A DNA stretch of 63,556 nt, filler included, from Octopus bimaculoides (GCF_001194135.2; 5 parts of 5 records of this genome joined end to end with filler, not necessarily neighbours in it), one strand, 5' to 3'. Counted from the whole stretch's first letter, positions 1-12,661 are shown. The notes: generated by a model from the letters alone, not told the origin. Program-made: numbers and translations.

Positions 1-28
<28 letters not shown>
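1..28. repeat. (TC)n microsatellite
   Basis: Pure TC dinucleotide run at window start. Confidence 0.95.
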
Positions 29-32
<4 letters not shown>

Positions 33-234
33 AGTATCTGTCATTACAGTATCAAAATGTGATTGTTTCAGTTAGTAGAATAGTTTCATTTTTAAAGTGA
101 AAGTATTTGACATGAGTGATTTTGTTTCACTTTTGACACGTAATACTTAAATAGTGGAGGAGATATTATGTTGCCGTGGGCTCGAACTCTGCAAGAAGTT
201 AAAATATTTTTTGACTAAAACACAACTGGAACCC

Positions 235-345
235 TAAGTAAGGCATCTGTAAAATTTGAATGAAATTGGTTCCGTAGTTCTCGAGTTTTAGGGATTCACA
301 CAGACAGACAGACAGACACACATTCTCATTTTTATATATATAGAT
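235..345 (+). mobile_element. 3' end of Helentron-associated non-autonomous element (HINE/DINE-1/Lep1/pearl-like)
   Basis: AAATTTGAATGAAATTGGTTCCGTAGTTCTCGAGTT followed by (GACA)n and terminal TTTTTATATATATAGAT, the typical end architecture of these elements. Confidence 0.55.
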
Positions 346-817
346 GAAGAAATAAGTGATATAGATATCCATTTTATACACCTTTGCTTTAAAATTTTAA
401 CCTTGTGATTCTATTAACACTGATGAGAGAAATATAGAGTATTGCTATGGTTGGGGTTAACTCGCCCATAGCAACCTATATCTTTATATATGTTCCAGAC
501 TCCTTATGAATCATTTTACATCCGCTTCATCACCCTCTTCATTCGGACTTCGCGAGTACATTTATGGTCTTACACCTTTTATATATTTATATTTATGAAT
601 TTTTATGTGTTTATAGATTCTTATATGTCTATGAATGTTTATATATTTATAAATTTTCGTGTATATGTATATATTTATAAATTCATAGAAAATTTTTTTT
701 ATATATCATATAGATGAATGCATCTATGTATGTACTTTGTATACTATGGAGAATTTCGTTAATATGGATTCAATGAATAGATCGGCTTTTGAATTTGTTT
801 TCTCCGCTGCTTAATTT

Positions 818-911
<94 letters not shown>

Positions 912-1156
912 GTCCACTCCAAAAGTATATACACACTTCAGGAAAGGAAAAATTTGTGTAAATATTTAACTTGTGTAGATGATACCTCTATAAATATAGA
1001 TACCGCTTTCCATGTTTTATCAGCACTGAGTAAATTGCAATAACACTGAATTAAAATATTTATACAGATTTTCCCTTTCCTAAAGTGTGTATACATTATT
1101 TTAGCGGTCTCTGTATATGTGTGTATGTATATGTATGTATATATAACATACATATA

Positions 1157-1187
<31 letters not shown>

Positions 1188-1751
1188 CATTCTCGAGTGT
1201 GTGGACAAACGAAAGAAAGCAACATTGAACACATTTGGTCGGAATTACGTATATTTATACTAACACTCTTGGCTCATCTCCAATTGACTGAAAGTTTCCT
1301 GGGCGTGTAGGACACGTCCTTTACATCAGATGTTAGGAGACGAGTCTACCAAACATATGTATACATGTATTGAATGATTATTAGGTCAATGTTTATTCAA
1401 ATACGTTTTTCTTTTCAATATCAAATAGAATCTACAGACAAAATTTAATTATTGTAATGAACTCCTGATTTTAAACTGATGACTGTTCTCATTAGAGGCG
1501 CAGCTGATAACTTCAAGCAATGGAGTCGTAAAATATTTTGTTCAGTATTTGTGCACGTTCTTATTTAATGGCTTCTCTCACTTCATCGAATCTTGCCGGT
1601 TTATATCGTATAATTCATTGTTTGAGATTCCTTAAATCTAAAAACAAAAGCCTAGTGGTGTGAGGTCAAGAACGCGGTGAGTATTCTGCTGAATTTCTTC
1701 ATTCAGTTCACCTTCTTTGACAAAAAATTATCATGAATGTAGCCTCAAATA

Positions 1752-1963
1752 TTCTTTCTAACCTAGGCACAAGGTCCGAAATTTTTGGAGAGGGAGCTAC
1801 TCGATTAAATCGACCCCAGTAAGTAACTGGTACTTAATTTATCGACCCCGAGACGAAAGGATGAAAGGCAAAGTCGACCTCGGAGGAATTTGAACTCAGA
1901 ACGTAAAGACAGACGAAATACTGCTAAGCATTTCGCCAGGCGTGCTAACATTTCTGCCAGCTC
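1752..1963 (-). mobile_element. tRNA-derived SINE family A (Meta-like central domain)
   Basis: Reverse complement of the copy at 2565-2788: head GAGCTGGCAGAA, B box GAGTTCAAATTCC, CCTTTCATCCTTTCG..GGGGTCGATAAATTAAGTACCAG core. Confidence 0.9.
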
Positions 1964-2564
1964 ATATAGTAGTAGCCTCATATATTGACAGGGTACTGCG
2001 GGGTTGCCCCAACTTGCTGGAAATATAACTCCACATCTTGGAATTCTCTTGAATGCTCAGCATGACATAATGTCGCAGCAACTTCAAATAAATGGTGCTG
2101 GTCAGAGTATAGTCAAAAAGAAAGGCACCAATCAATCGTTTTCATGATAAACTATGGACTGGTAACTTAACATGACGGTCCTCTGAAATTCTCAGCACTC
2201 TGGAAGGTGAAATTGTGGTGATTAATTGAGCCATTTGATTTGAATGTAGTTCCATCACTCCAAATAATCTATTCTAGAAAGATTCATCACTCCAAATAAT
2301 CTTTTCTAGAAAGTACGAATATTCTCCATTTCTTACCGAGTATCATTCGCAATTGCACTCTTCGATCTGAATAATCTTCACTGAGAGTATGGTCTAGTCT
2401 TGGAATACAAGTTTCCTGTTGACAACGCTTCAAAATGTGATGGACGCATGATTTTGAAATACCTATCAATCGTCTCTCATGCAGCACGGATTATCTTGTA
2501 CTCTTGCAGTACGTTCCATTGTACGATCTTGCTGTGTAGGCCTCGACAATATCTATGCTTTCCT

Positions 2565-2788
2565 AAGGCGGCGAGCTGGCAGAAACGATAGCACGCCGGG
2601 CGAAATGCTTAGTTGTATTTCGTCTGTCTTTACGTTCTGAGTTCAAATTCCGCCGAGGTCGACTTTGCTTTTCATCCTTTCGGGGGTCGGTAAGTTAAGT
2701 AGCAGTTGTGTACTGGGGTCGATCTAATTGACTGGCCCCCCTCCCACAAAATTTTGAGCCTTGTGCCTAGAGTAGAAAAGAATATATG
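2565..2788 (+). mobile_element. tRNA-derived SINE family A with target-site duplication
   Basis: Full head-core-tail; flanked by TGCTTTCCT at 2556-2564 and 2789-2797. Confidence 0.9.
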
Positions 2789-3263
2789 TGCTTTCCTGAA
2801 ACGTTTCTTATGAAAATTGTGAATTTTCTATCAACTCCGAACTTGTCGCTAATTCGAGTGATGGCACGTTTCACAGGTGGATCCGTTTGAAATTCTCTTT
2901 TTAACTTTGGTACCTCGTTGGTACTTCGACTGCCTTTTCAAACTTCCAGTAGCAGTTCAGGGAAAATTTCATTTCTCTATGCCTTATTCTGACTTCTTTC
3001 GGTATTTCTTGTGGGCTAGATCTAAAATCAAATTTTAAAAAAATTGAGTTATCAGCTGTAAAAGAGTCTGGACATATTGGAGCACGCTGTACGAATGTAT
3101 GCATATATGAATGGATGAATGGATGGATAGATATTCCCATGTTCATTGCATATGTATATAATAAGCATGTCTGTGTGTATATATATATTCGCCATGATAG
3201 ATCGCTGACCACTACATTTATATTTTTTTCTCCTTGTTTTTCTCCTTATTTCTTTCTGTGTTC

Positions 3264-3298
3264 CTTTCAGTTGAAGAGCGTAGCTCAAAACGTCAAAG
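3264..3298 (+). ncRNA. Degenerate minimal type I hammerhead motif in PLE-type repeat end
   Basis: CTTT-CAGTTGA-A-GAGC gta GCTC-AAAAC-GT-C-AAAG: stem I CTTT/AAAG, stem II GAGC/GCTC, palindromic ACGT stem III, GUC site. Catalytic core mutated. Confidence 0.55.
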
Positions 3299-3451
3299 AC
3301 TTTCTCTATTCCCGAGCGTTAAACTAATACATCCATTTGTTGTTTACACCACCTGTCTTCGTTTATTTTTCTTTCGTAAATTCTCCCATATATATATATA
3401 TATATATGCATACACACACTCACACACACAGATGTGTCTATGTATATTTGG

Positions 3452-3491
<40 letters not shown>

Positions 3492-3666
3492 TGATAGATA
3501 GATACATAGATAAATAGATAGATATGGATATATATCTATATATATACAGATATATATATAGATGCGCACGCACACACACGCAGATATACATACGTGCACA
3601 TATACGTGCACATACGTAGACACACATACACGTACTCACTCTCTCTGTCTCTCAGCCCCCCACACA

Positions 3667-3737
<71 letters not shown>

Positions 3738-4080
3738 CTATTTTTTGACTATTTATCAATGCATTTTAGATAAGCTGTCTGGAAGGAAACTTCCGAAACA
3801 TCCACCTACCTACCAATATATATTTACCTGTCTATTTATCATCCTTTCTTGCAGCCATCTGTCTTCTCTGGCGACTTATTTATCAATCTATGTAAACAGT
3901 CAGTTGAACAAACCAACCATATACTATTATATCTATCTAGCTATCTATCTGTCTATCAGTCTTCTGCCTGTCTGTTTGTTTGTCTGCCCGTCTGTCGGTT
4001 TCTCTGTGTTTCTGTCCGTCTGTCTGTATATGTGGCTGTCAGCCTACCTGTCTGTCTACTTTTCTTTGTATGTATGTATG

Positions 4081-4114
<34 letters not shown>

Positions 4115-4117
4115 TGT

Positions 4118-4405
4118 TTGTGAGTGGATATAGTAGACGGAAACTGAAAGAAGCCTGTCGTATATATGTACATATATAAGTATGTATGGGTATATGTTTG
4201 TTTGTCTGTGTTTGCCCCCCTTCCCCACCAACATCACTTGACAACCGGTGCTGGTGTGTTAACGTTCTTGTAAACTAGCGGTTCGGCAAACGAGACCGAT
4301 AGAATAAGTACTAGGCTTACAAAGAATAAGTTCTAGAGTCGATTTGCTCGACTAAAGGCGGTCTTCCAGCATGGCCGCAGACAAATGACTGAAACAAGTA
4401 AAAGA
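4118..4405 (+). mobile_element. SINE family C (3' two-thirds)
   Basis: GTAGACGGAAACTGAAAGAAGCC, internal microsatellite, tail CCAGCATGGCCGCAG..AATGACTGAAACAAGTAAAAGA. About 20 homologous copies or fragments occur in the window. Confidence 0.9.
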
Positions 4406-4455
4406 ACAACACAATAAAAGAATATATATATGTGTGTGCGCGTGTGTGTGTATAC

Positions 4456-4491
<36 letters not shown>

Positions 4492-5020
4492 NNNNNNNNN
4501 NNNNNNNNNNNNNNNNNNNNNNNNNNNNNNNNNNNNNNNNNNNNNNNNNNNNNNNNNNNNNNNNNNNNNNNNNNNNNNNNNNNNNNNNNNNNNNNNNNNN
4601 NNNNNNNNNNNNNNNNNNNNNNNNNNNNNNNNNNNNNNNNNNNNNNNNNNNNNNNNNNNNNNNNNNNNNNNNNNNNNNNNNNNNNNNNNNNNNNNNNNNN
4701 NNNNNNNNNNNNNNNNNNNNNNNNNNNNNNNNNNNNNNNNNNNNNNNNNNNNNNNNNNNNNNNNNNNNNNNNNNNNNNNNNNNNNNNNNNNNNNNNNNNN
4801 NNNNNNNNNNNNNNNNNNNNNNNNNNNNNNNNNNNNNNNNNNNNNNNNNNNNNNNNNNNNNNNNNNNNNNNNNNNNNNNNNNNNNNNNNNNNNNNNNNNN
4901 NNNNNNNNNNNNNNNNAACCGCTTAGTTACGGGGACGTAAACACACCAGCATCGGTTGTCAAGCGATGTTGGGGGGACAAACACAGACACACAAACATAC
5001 ACATATATACATACATATTA

Positions 5021-5059
<39 letters not shown>

Positions 5060-5916
5060 CACACATATATATATACACATATATACATACATTCATATAC
5101 TTGTATATTAATATATATATATAAACGTATATATATATAAACGTATATATATATCATTATCATAATTATTGTTATTACTATTTTTATTATTATCATCATT
5201 ATCTTATGATATTTACTTTGTATTATGGTATACTTATTTATCATGCATTTACTTATTAATTTTTCTATATGTGACTGTGGATTTTCATGGATGAGTTCAT
5301 GAACTTTGGTTCTTTTCTCTAAAATTACATATTTATATATTTTATACTGTGAAACTTAATTTAATTTTAATTTTTGATAAATTCAATTTAATTGAATTTT
5401 TACCTGTAAATTTGGATTTTATTGTCCCTAATAAATCTATCTTTCTATCAATCCATTACTATTAAACCGCCACTTCTAAATCTAAATCTCTCTCTATTCT
5501 CTCTTCATCTCTTCAGCGATCTAATTCCTTCTTTCTTTCACCTATTTCAATAAATATGTCTCCCCTTACATTTGTCATCTTCGTCTTTCTCGATGCGGAA
5601 CGACAAATACAAGATCGTGTAGTCTACACCAGTACGGGTGTATGTTTGTGTATGAATGTGTGGATGTGTTTAGTGTATGTGTGCTTGTGTGGGTGTGTGA
5701 GTGTTTTATAAGCTTGTGTTATATGTTTACCGAAGGCTATACATCTTCACACATAGAAATGTAACTTATGTACTCGCACATGTTATACGCATACATATAT
5801 ACATGAAAATACGCAATATACACATGCATACAAGCATATGCACGTGTGTACGCTTGTATTTATGCATAGACCTGTACGTATGCATACTTGTATATTTATA
5901 TGTATACATATGTATA

Positions 5917-5949
<33 letters not shown>

Positions 5950-6496
5950 NNNNNNNNNNNNNNNNNNNNNNNNNNNNNNNNNNNNNNNNNNNNNNNNNNN
6001 NNNNNNNNNNNNNNNNNNNNNNNNNNNNNNNNNNNNNNNNNNNNNNNNNNNNNNNNNNNNNNNNNNNNNNNNNNNNNNNNNNNNNNNNNNNNNNNNNNNN
6101 NNNNNNNNNNNNNNNNNNNNNNNNNNNNNNNNNNNNNNNNNNNNNNNNNNNNNNNNNNNNNNNNNNNNNNNNNNNNNNNNNNNNNNNNNNNNNNNNNNNN
6201 NNNNNNNNNNNNNNNNNNNNNNNNNNNNNNNNNNNNNNNNNNNNNNNNNNNNNNNNNNNNNNNNNNNNNNNNNNNNNNNNNNNNNNNNNNNNNNNNNNNN
6301 NNNNNNNNNNNNNNNNNNNNNNNNNNNNNNNNNNNNNNNNNNNNNNNNNNNNNNNNNNNNNNNNNNNNNNNNNNNNNNNNNNNNNNNNNNNNNNNNNNNN
6401 NNNNNNNNNNNNNNNNNNNNNNNNNNNNNNNNNNNNNNNNNNNNNNNNNNNNNNNNNNNNNNNNNNNNNNNNNNNNNNNNNNNNNNNNNNNNNNNN

Positions 6497-6592
6497 AGGT
6501 TACAGTCGAAGACAATTGCCCAAGGTGCCACGCTGTGGGACTGAACCCGGAACCATGTGGTTGTTAAGCAAGCTACTTACCACACAGCCACT
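6497..6592 (-). mobile_element. SINE family C head
   Basis: Reverse complement of AGTGGCTGTGTGGTAAGTAGCTTGCTT..CACATGGTTCCGGGTTCAGTCCCAC. Confidence 0.85.
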
Positions 6593-6693
6593 ATATACAA
6601 TCATACAAATGCACGCGATTTCACACACAGGTATGCATATTTGCATTATATGCATATACGAAAACAATTAACTTAGTAAAATGAGATAGAAAG

Positions 6694-6725
<32 letters not shown>

Positions 6726-7067
6726 TGGATACGAGCAAGGAGATAGACAGAAGGAGAGAAGGTGTCAATGTTAATAGCAAACAAGAAATACATCAGAGCC
6801 CCCCTCCTTCCCAACCTCCTACTACTACTATTGCGTAACACTTGTTGCCGGCGACAAGATCAACAGCGTCGGGTAAACGACTGAATTTCTACGTTGACGT
6901 TCGACGTGCTAGAAATAGCAGCCAAATCTCCCCTAAATCACAACCCACGCGCCTTAAGTGACGTAGCTAGAGTGCGTGTGCTGTCAAGGGGGAGCCCTTG
7001 ACTTTGTCACCTCCCCGGTCCCTTAGAGGTTGTAAAGACCTAAGCAGCAGACTGAAAAGTACACCTC

Positions 7068-7075
7068 TATAAAAG
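7068..7075 (+). promoter_or_regulatory. Candidate TATA box
   Basis: Consensus TATAAAAG in a CpG-rich unique patch, with TGACGTA near 6959 upstream. Confidence 0.3.
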
Positions 7076-7213
7076 CATCGCCCGGGCTATCACCCCCTGT
7101 TCTCCCCCACCACACACACACACCTCCAGCTACTCCACTATAACTGACTAATGTTTGGAGATCAATTTGTTTCCCTCCTTGTGACTACATTCTGTTAGTG
7201 ATTACTTTGCTAG

Positions 7214-7528
7214 TTATTTTCCATGCAGATGTATCACTGGGTTACTAATTGCCCTCCGCCGGCCACGTCTACTTCTACGCATCATTGCGCTTACACAAAG
7301 AAAGTTAAGATATTTGTTTTGTTTTTTCTGAAGGCTTCCGAACCGGCTGAAATTGATGATGTTCACTAACTTGTGGAGCAGCTGAAAGTTGCCGATTGTG
7401 AGAATACTATACTCAGGGAAAGAATTCCAGACAAGCAATGGATCGCTGTAGTCATGATAAAGTTTATGGACCGGCTGATAAGATCTAATAATATCGAAAC
7501 ATGACTTAAGTTGTACTGTATCTGCCAT
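7214..7528 (-). CDS. Unassigned 104-aa ORF (a coding-like frame also exists on + strand)
   Basis: High-complexity ORF in non-repetitive DNA; no recognisable family. Confidence 0.2.
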   Translation of the reverse strand: MADTVQLKSCFDIIRSYQPVHKLYHDYSDPLLVWNSFPEYSILTIGNFQLLHKLVNIINFSRFGSLQKKQNKYLNFLCVSAMMRRSRRGRRRAISNPVIHLHGK

Positions 7529-7787
7529 AGATGAAATTAATATTTCTCGTCACTGCAAGACATTTTTTGAATTTTTTTTACTGATAAAATTTTCCGACAA
7601 CTTAACACATTACAGGTTGATAAGACTTGGAATTGTCACCCTTGCTTCCTTTTGGTAGACTTTAGAGTTTTTCTAACGTTATTCTCTCCTTACCACGGCA
7701 CGTAGCCGAAAGATACACATGTGCCTCAAACAAGTATCGTTTCTTTTCTTGTTTCTTTTATCTTACTTCTTACTCTGCCTTCATAAA

Positions 7788-8163
7788 TGTTGTTGGCACT
7801 CCGTCGCTTACGCATCGAGGGTTCCAGTTGATCCGACCAACGGAATCAGCCGGCTCGTGAAATTAACGTGCAAGTGGTTGAGCACTCCACAGACACGTGT
7901 ACCCTTAACGTAGTTCTCCAGGATATTCAGCGTGACACAGTGTGACAAGGCCGGCCCTTTGAAATACAGGTACAACAGAAACAGAAAGAAAGAGTGAGAG
8001 AAAGTTGTGGTGAATGAGTACAGCAGGGTTCGCCACTATCCCCTGCCGGAGCCTCGTGGAGCTTTAGGTGTTTTCGCTCAATAAACACTCACAGCGCCCC
8101 GTCTGGGAATCGAAACCGCGATCCTATGATCGCGAGTCCGCTGCCCTAACCACTGGGCCATTG
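7788..8163 (-). mobile_element. tRNA-derived SINE family B
   Basis: Reverse complement of 17290-17670; head runs into the N gap. Confidence 0.9.
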
Positions 8164-8623
8164 NNNNNNNNNNNNNNNNNNNNNNNNNNNNNNNNNNNNN
8201 NNNNNNNNNNNNNNNNNNNNNNNNNNNNNNNNNNNNNNNNNNNNNNNNNNNNNNNNNNNNNNNNNNNNNNNNNNNNNNNNNNNNNNNNNNNNNNNNNNNN
8301 NNNNNNNNNNNNNNNNNNNNNNNNNNNNNNNNNNNNNNNNNNNNNNNNNNNNNNNNNNNNNNNNNNNNNNNNNNNNNNNNNNNNNNNNNNNNNNNNNNNN
8401 NNNNNNNNNNNNNNNNNNNNNNNNNNNNNNNNNNNNNNNNNNNNNNNNNNNNNNNNNNNNNNNNNNNNNNNNNNNNNNNNNNNNNNNNNNNNNNNNNNNN
8501 NNNNNNNNNNNNNNNNNNNNNNNNNNNNNNNNNNNNNNNNNNNNNNNNNNNNNNNNNNNNNNNNNNNNNNNNNNNNNNNNNNNNNNNNNNNNNNNNNNNN
8601 NNNNNNNNNNNNNNNNNNNNNNN

Positions 8624-8883
8624 GAGGTGGTGGCGAATCCTGCTCTACTCTTTCACTACAACTTTCTCTCACTCTTTCTTCCTATTTCTGTTGTACTTGT
8701 ATTTCAAAGGGCCAGCCTTTTCACACTCTGTGTCACACTGAATCTCCTCGCGAACTACGTTAAGGGTACACGTGTCTGTGTCTGTGGAGTGCTCAGCCAC
8801 TTGCACGTTAATTTCACGAGCAGGCTGTTCCGTTGATCGGATCAACTGGAATCCTCGTCGTCGTAACCGACTGAGTGCCAACC
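8624..8883 (+). mobile_element. SINE family B (3' part)
   Basis: GTACACGTGTCTGTG..GAGTGCTCAGCCACTTGCACGTTAATTTCACGAGCAGGCTGTTCCG..GAGTGCCAAC shared with other B copies. Confidence 0.9.
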
Positions 8884-9145
8884 AAAATCTTGAGCGTACA
8901 GGACGTTGCTTTCGTCACATTTTGTGTGATAACATTTAGTTTACCTTACAACATTCATGGGTAAGCTGCGACCTGCGGAGCTTTCTGAGTGGCACATCAA
9001 ACGAAAAATTAACGTGAATGGTTTTAGAAGAGCGGCTAAACTCTAAGTAACAGTTTGTGAAGATTTTTTCGGCTTTCATAAATACCTTTAGTATTAGAAG
9101 ACTACTTTATTTTCTCCTGGTTGTTTTGCATCTACGTACTTACTT

Positions 9146-9202
<57 letters not shown>

Positions 9203-9206
9203 CACG

Positions 9207-9260
<54 letters not shown>

Positions 9261-10706
9261 TACATGTATCAAAGAGAAAGTTATTTTATTCCTCACGGGT
9301 AGAAATATAGGAGAACGAAGTTGAAAATGCACTTGGAATCTTTTGAAGAGTTTCTTTTTAAAGGCTTAACCGGTTTCACAAATTCTTCTGATTTTCAAAA
9401 GGCACATGGGACAGAATGACCTGTGGCTGTGCTGCAACTGACTTGATTCTCAGAGAAGCAAGAGAGTTGCGGCATAGCCCCAGGTCTTTCTATTTCACTT
9501 AAGTGTTGATGAACAGATAANNNNNNNNNNNNNNNNNNNNNNNNNNNNNNNNNNNNNNNNNNNNNNNNNNNNNNNNNNNNNNNNNNNNNNNNNNNNNNNN
9601 NNNNNNNNNNNNNNNNNNNNNNNNNNNNNNNNNNNNNNNNNNNNNNNNNNNNNNNNNNNNNNNNNNNNNNNNNNNNNNNNNNNNNNNNNNNNNNNNNNNN
9701 NNNNNNNNNNNNNNNNNNNNNNNNNNNNNNNNNNNNNNNNNNNNNNNNNNNNNNNNTATATATATGTGTGTGTGTGTGTGTGTGTGCGTGTGTGTGTGTG
9801 TGTGTGTGCGCGTGTGTGTATGTGTGTTTTGTGTGTGTGTGTGCGTTTTGTGTGTGTGTGTGTGTGTGTGTGTATACGCCCACACATACACACTCTCTCA
9901 TACATATACACACAAACAACACATTTTTTTTATATATTAATGCAGTTTTATTTGCATATATAAAATCAGAAATCCTTCTTGCAATATCATACACGCATGG
10001 AATAAATTGCCTTTTCATAAAATTGGTCTCAGCCATATGAAGCAAACATACACACATGCACACACGCACGCACACACACACACAAACACACAATCACGTG
10101 CGCGCACACACACAATCATACAACCACATGTATAAACATCTCACTTTATAACGATACAGAGCAGATGGCAGATTAATTCTTGTTTCCATGAAGTATTAAT
10201 TTCTGATCTGGAGCCTCAGTTGCTGAGCATATGAAAAACAGCATTACACGTTTGTATGTACATGCCTGCATGCATGTACGGACACACAGGCGCACGCGCA
10301 GACCTATTGCTGTTTGTTGAACACAGCAGGAATTTATGTCTGTTATCTAACATCCCAAAATACGTCATTCACTGAATAATACAAAAGAATTCCATCCACT
10401 TAATTAGTAGTCTTACAATGAATCATAAATCATATGCTTTTATATAGCTAACATTCTTATAGTCTGTAGACAATCGCTAAACAGAGATGTGTGTTAATAC
10501 AAACTTGTTACCAACTCAAATTTGCTTGAAGCATATTCGAACCCGCAACACAGCCATTCACTGTATTTTGTGATGGAGTAAATTTCTCGCTGTAGACAAA
10601 CAGGTGTAAATATACCAAGTCGGTTTACAGTGCTCCCTAACAAGGCTGTTGGATACATGCATTTAATTTTGGAGTGGTTATCTCCTCTTCAGCCGCAGAA
10701 ACCGAG

Positions 10707-10751
10707 AACTGACACGAGCGACAGGTCCCGCTTATAATATTCCCGTCGTCA
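10707..10751 (-). promoter_or_regulatory. Candidate Pol II core promoter (half-CRE, TATA, Inr)
   Basis: On minus strand: TGACG (10751-10747), TATTATAAG starting 10739, TCAGTT initiator with +1 A at 10710 (TATA at -29). Confidence 0.45.
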
Positions 10752-12481
10752 TTCTACGACTGGTTGCAGTATTCAGCTGATCACCATAAAGAGCAAACTG
10801 GATGACAGCACTAAGCAGTGTGCGCGTGTGAGTGTGTGTGTGTGTGTGTTTATATTATAATGGAGAAAGCTGCTTATTAATTAAGTATGCAACAGTTACT
10901 AAAAGAAAGCAATTATCAAAAGCTTGACCGTCTGGAAATATTTTTATAAATTCATGTTCCAAGAAATTTCCAGTAATTTCGATTGCTGAAGTTTATTGAA
11001 TATTTGAACTACAAGTTTTTCACAAATTTAAATATTCGTTGCATTCACTGCAGAGTAGATTTTAATTTTTATTAAACAATGTTATTCATTTGCAACACTC
11101 TCTCACTCTCTCTCGCCTTTCACACACTCTCTCGTCTCTATTTTCATTAATAATAATTTAACATATATTTATATCAAGTTTTAATTCGCTATTTGCAAAA
11201 CCCACAGTTTATTCTACATACGTAATGCAAGAAAAAAATATTTATTGAATAAATAAATTCTATGAGACAAATTAGCTGTGTAACTTTGTGGCTTATGATA
11301 CGAGGCACAATTTGAAGAATAACATCAGTTTCCGGAGTTTGTTTAATGAATATTTTTGATAAAATCTAGAATTTTTAATACACCGGTATAATTTTTCTTT
11401 TTCAATTAAGAAGTGATTTTGTTGGTATTGTTGTTTGGAGCGCTATACGCCTTACAATAATAACAATGTGATCACTGCTATGTTTTGCTCGCTAAACATA
11501 GTTGTATTACCTTAAAGTTTATTTAGATTAGAGATATATTACAACTAGGATAAATTACTGAAAGCCATATGTACTAAGTAAGTGAGATTTTTTATAAATT
11601 GAAGTTTTCGGGAAAATTTATTTTTTGAACTTCCTTTTATTATTGAATATTTCAAGTTCACAAATCTAGATATTCGGTGCAAGATAGTTTTAAACGAATT
11701 TTTATAGGGTTAACTCACTGTAAAATTTTTATAAAGTCCTCTGTTAATATATATCGATAAAAATGCTGCTTCGAAGCGTCTGTTACTATTTAATATCACA
11801 AATTTAAATATTCTTTGCCAAGCTTTACGTACAAGCTTTACGTTAACATTTGATAAACAATATTAATAAGTTCTGGCGAAATTTTCCGTTTTCATTTGCA
11901 ATAGTCTCTCACTTCTTCTCTCTTGCCTCTAATTGTTTTCATTAATGAGAATTTCCTTAATACATATTCATTGCATTTTTTTCATTTCAAATTTTATATC
12001 GCTATTTCAGATGAGAAAATCAGGTATATATATTTATATATTTTGGCTTAAATTTAATGTATAAATACCCTCAGTTTATTGTTTATACAAAGAAAAAATT
12101 ATATTCGACAACTTATTGACAATTGTGTCAAGCTTCGAATTCATGTTATTTATTTCCTTTCTGTCGTTATCTAAGAATTATCAAATGAAAATTGTTGCTA
12201 TGGCTGTTTTATACGCTATAATATTAATATATCTTTATGTGATCACAGCTGTTTTTTTTTGTTTTTCTTTTTCACACTACAAGTAGTACAACTACCTTGA
12301 TGTTTGTTTAAAAAAGACAGATTATGACTGTGATAAAATAATGAAAATCATATTTACGAAGCAAGTGAGCAAGAAATAATTAAACTTAAAATATCATAAG
12401 TATTACTAGAATCAGGAATCAAATGTGGAAATATTATTAGAGAATCGCTGGCGGGCGGTCTTTTTGCTAGCACAAACACAC

Positions 12482-12519
<38 letters not shown>

Positions 12520-12619
12520 NNNNNNNNNNNNNNNNNNNNNNNNNNNNNNNNNNNNNNNNNNNNTTAATTAATTAANNNNNNNNNNNNNNNNNNNNNNNNN
12601 NNNNNNNNNNNNNNNNNNN

Positions 12620-12661
<42 letters not shown>

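Larger units (their letters stand above)
1500..3090 (-). mobile_element. Degraded Tc1/mariner transposon (rosa/DD41D-like), interrupted by two SINEs
   Basis: Collinear minus-strand transposase pieces: CYWKFEKAVEV and REFQTDPP (~2990-2860), GISKSCVHHILK...DRRVQL and IIWSDE (~2490-2250), DLTPLGF...KPARFDEVREAI (~1690-1540). TIR-like GGAGCACGCTGTA near 3080. Many stops and frameshifts. Confidence 0.8.

Noticed and set aside
420-482. CTGATGA-GA-GAAA followed by a long hairpin and AUC triplet
   Set aside because: No stem II and only 1 bp of stem I, so it cannot be called a hammerhead. The nearby ESFYIRF similarity to PLE endonuclease ends is too short.
3562-4179. Long ORFs rich in YI/HT/CV/poly-I, -D, -H, -S or X
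   Set aside because: Translations of di-, tri- and tetranucleotide microsatellites or N gaps.
10162-10210. About 50-nt imperfect hairpin as pre-miRNA
   Set aside because: AT-rich, too short, and lacks a lower stem.
12564-12575. TTAATTAATTAA islands inside N runs (also 37003-37014, 43871-43882, 62326-62337)
   Set aside because: Each has 44 N on both sides (100 bp total) and gives stops in all six frames. This is a scaffolding linker, not biology; adjacency across these joins is uncertain.
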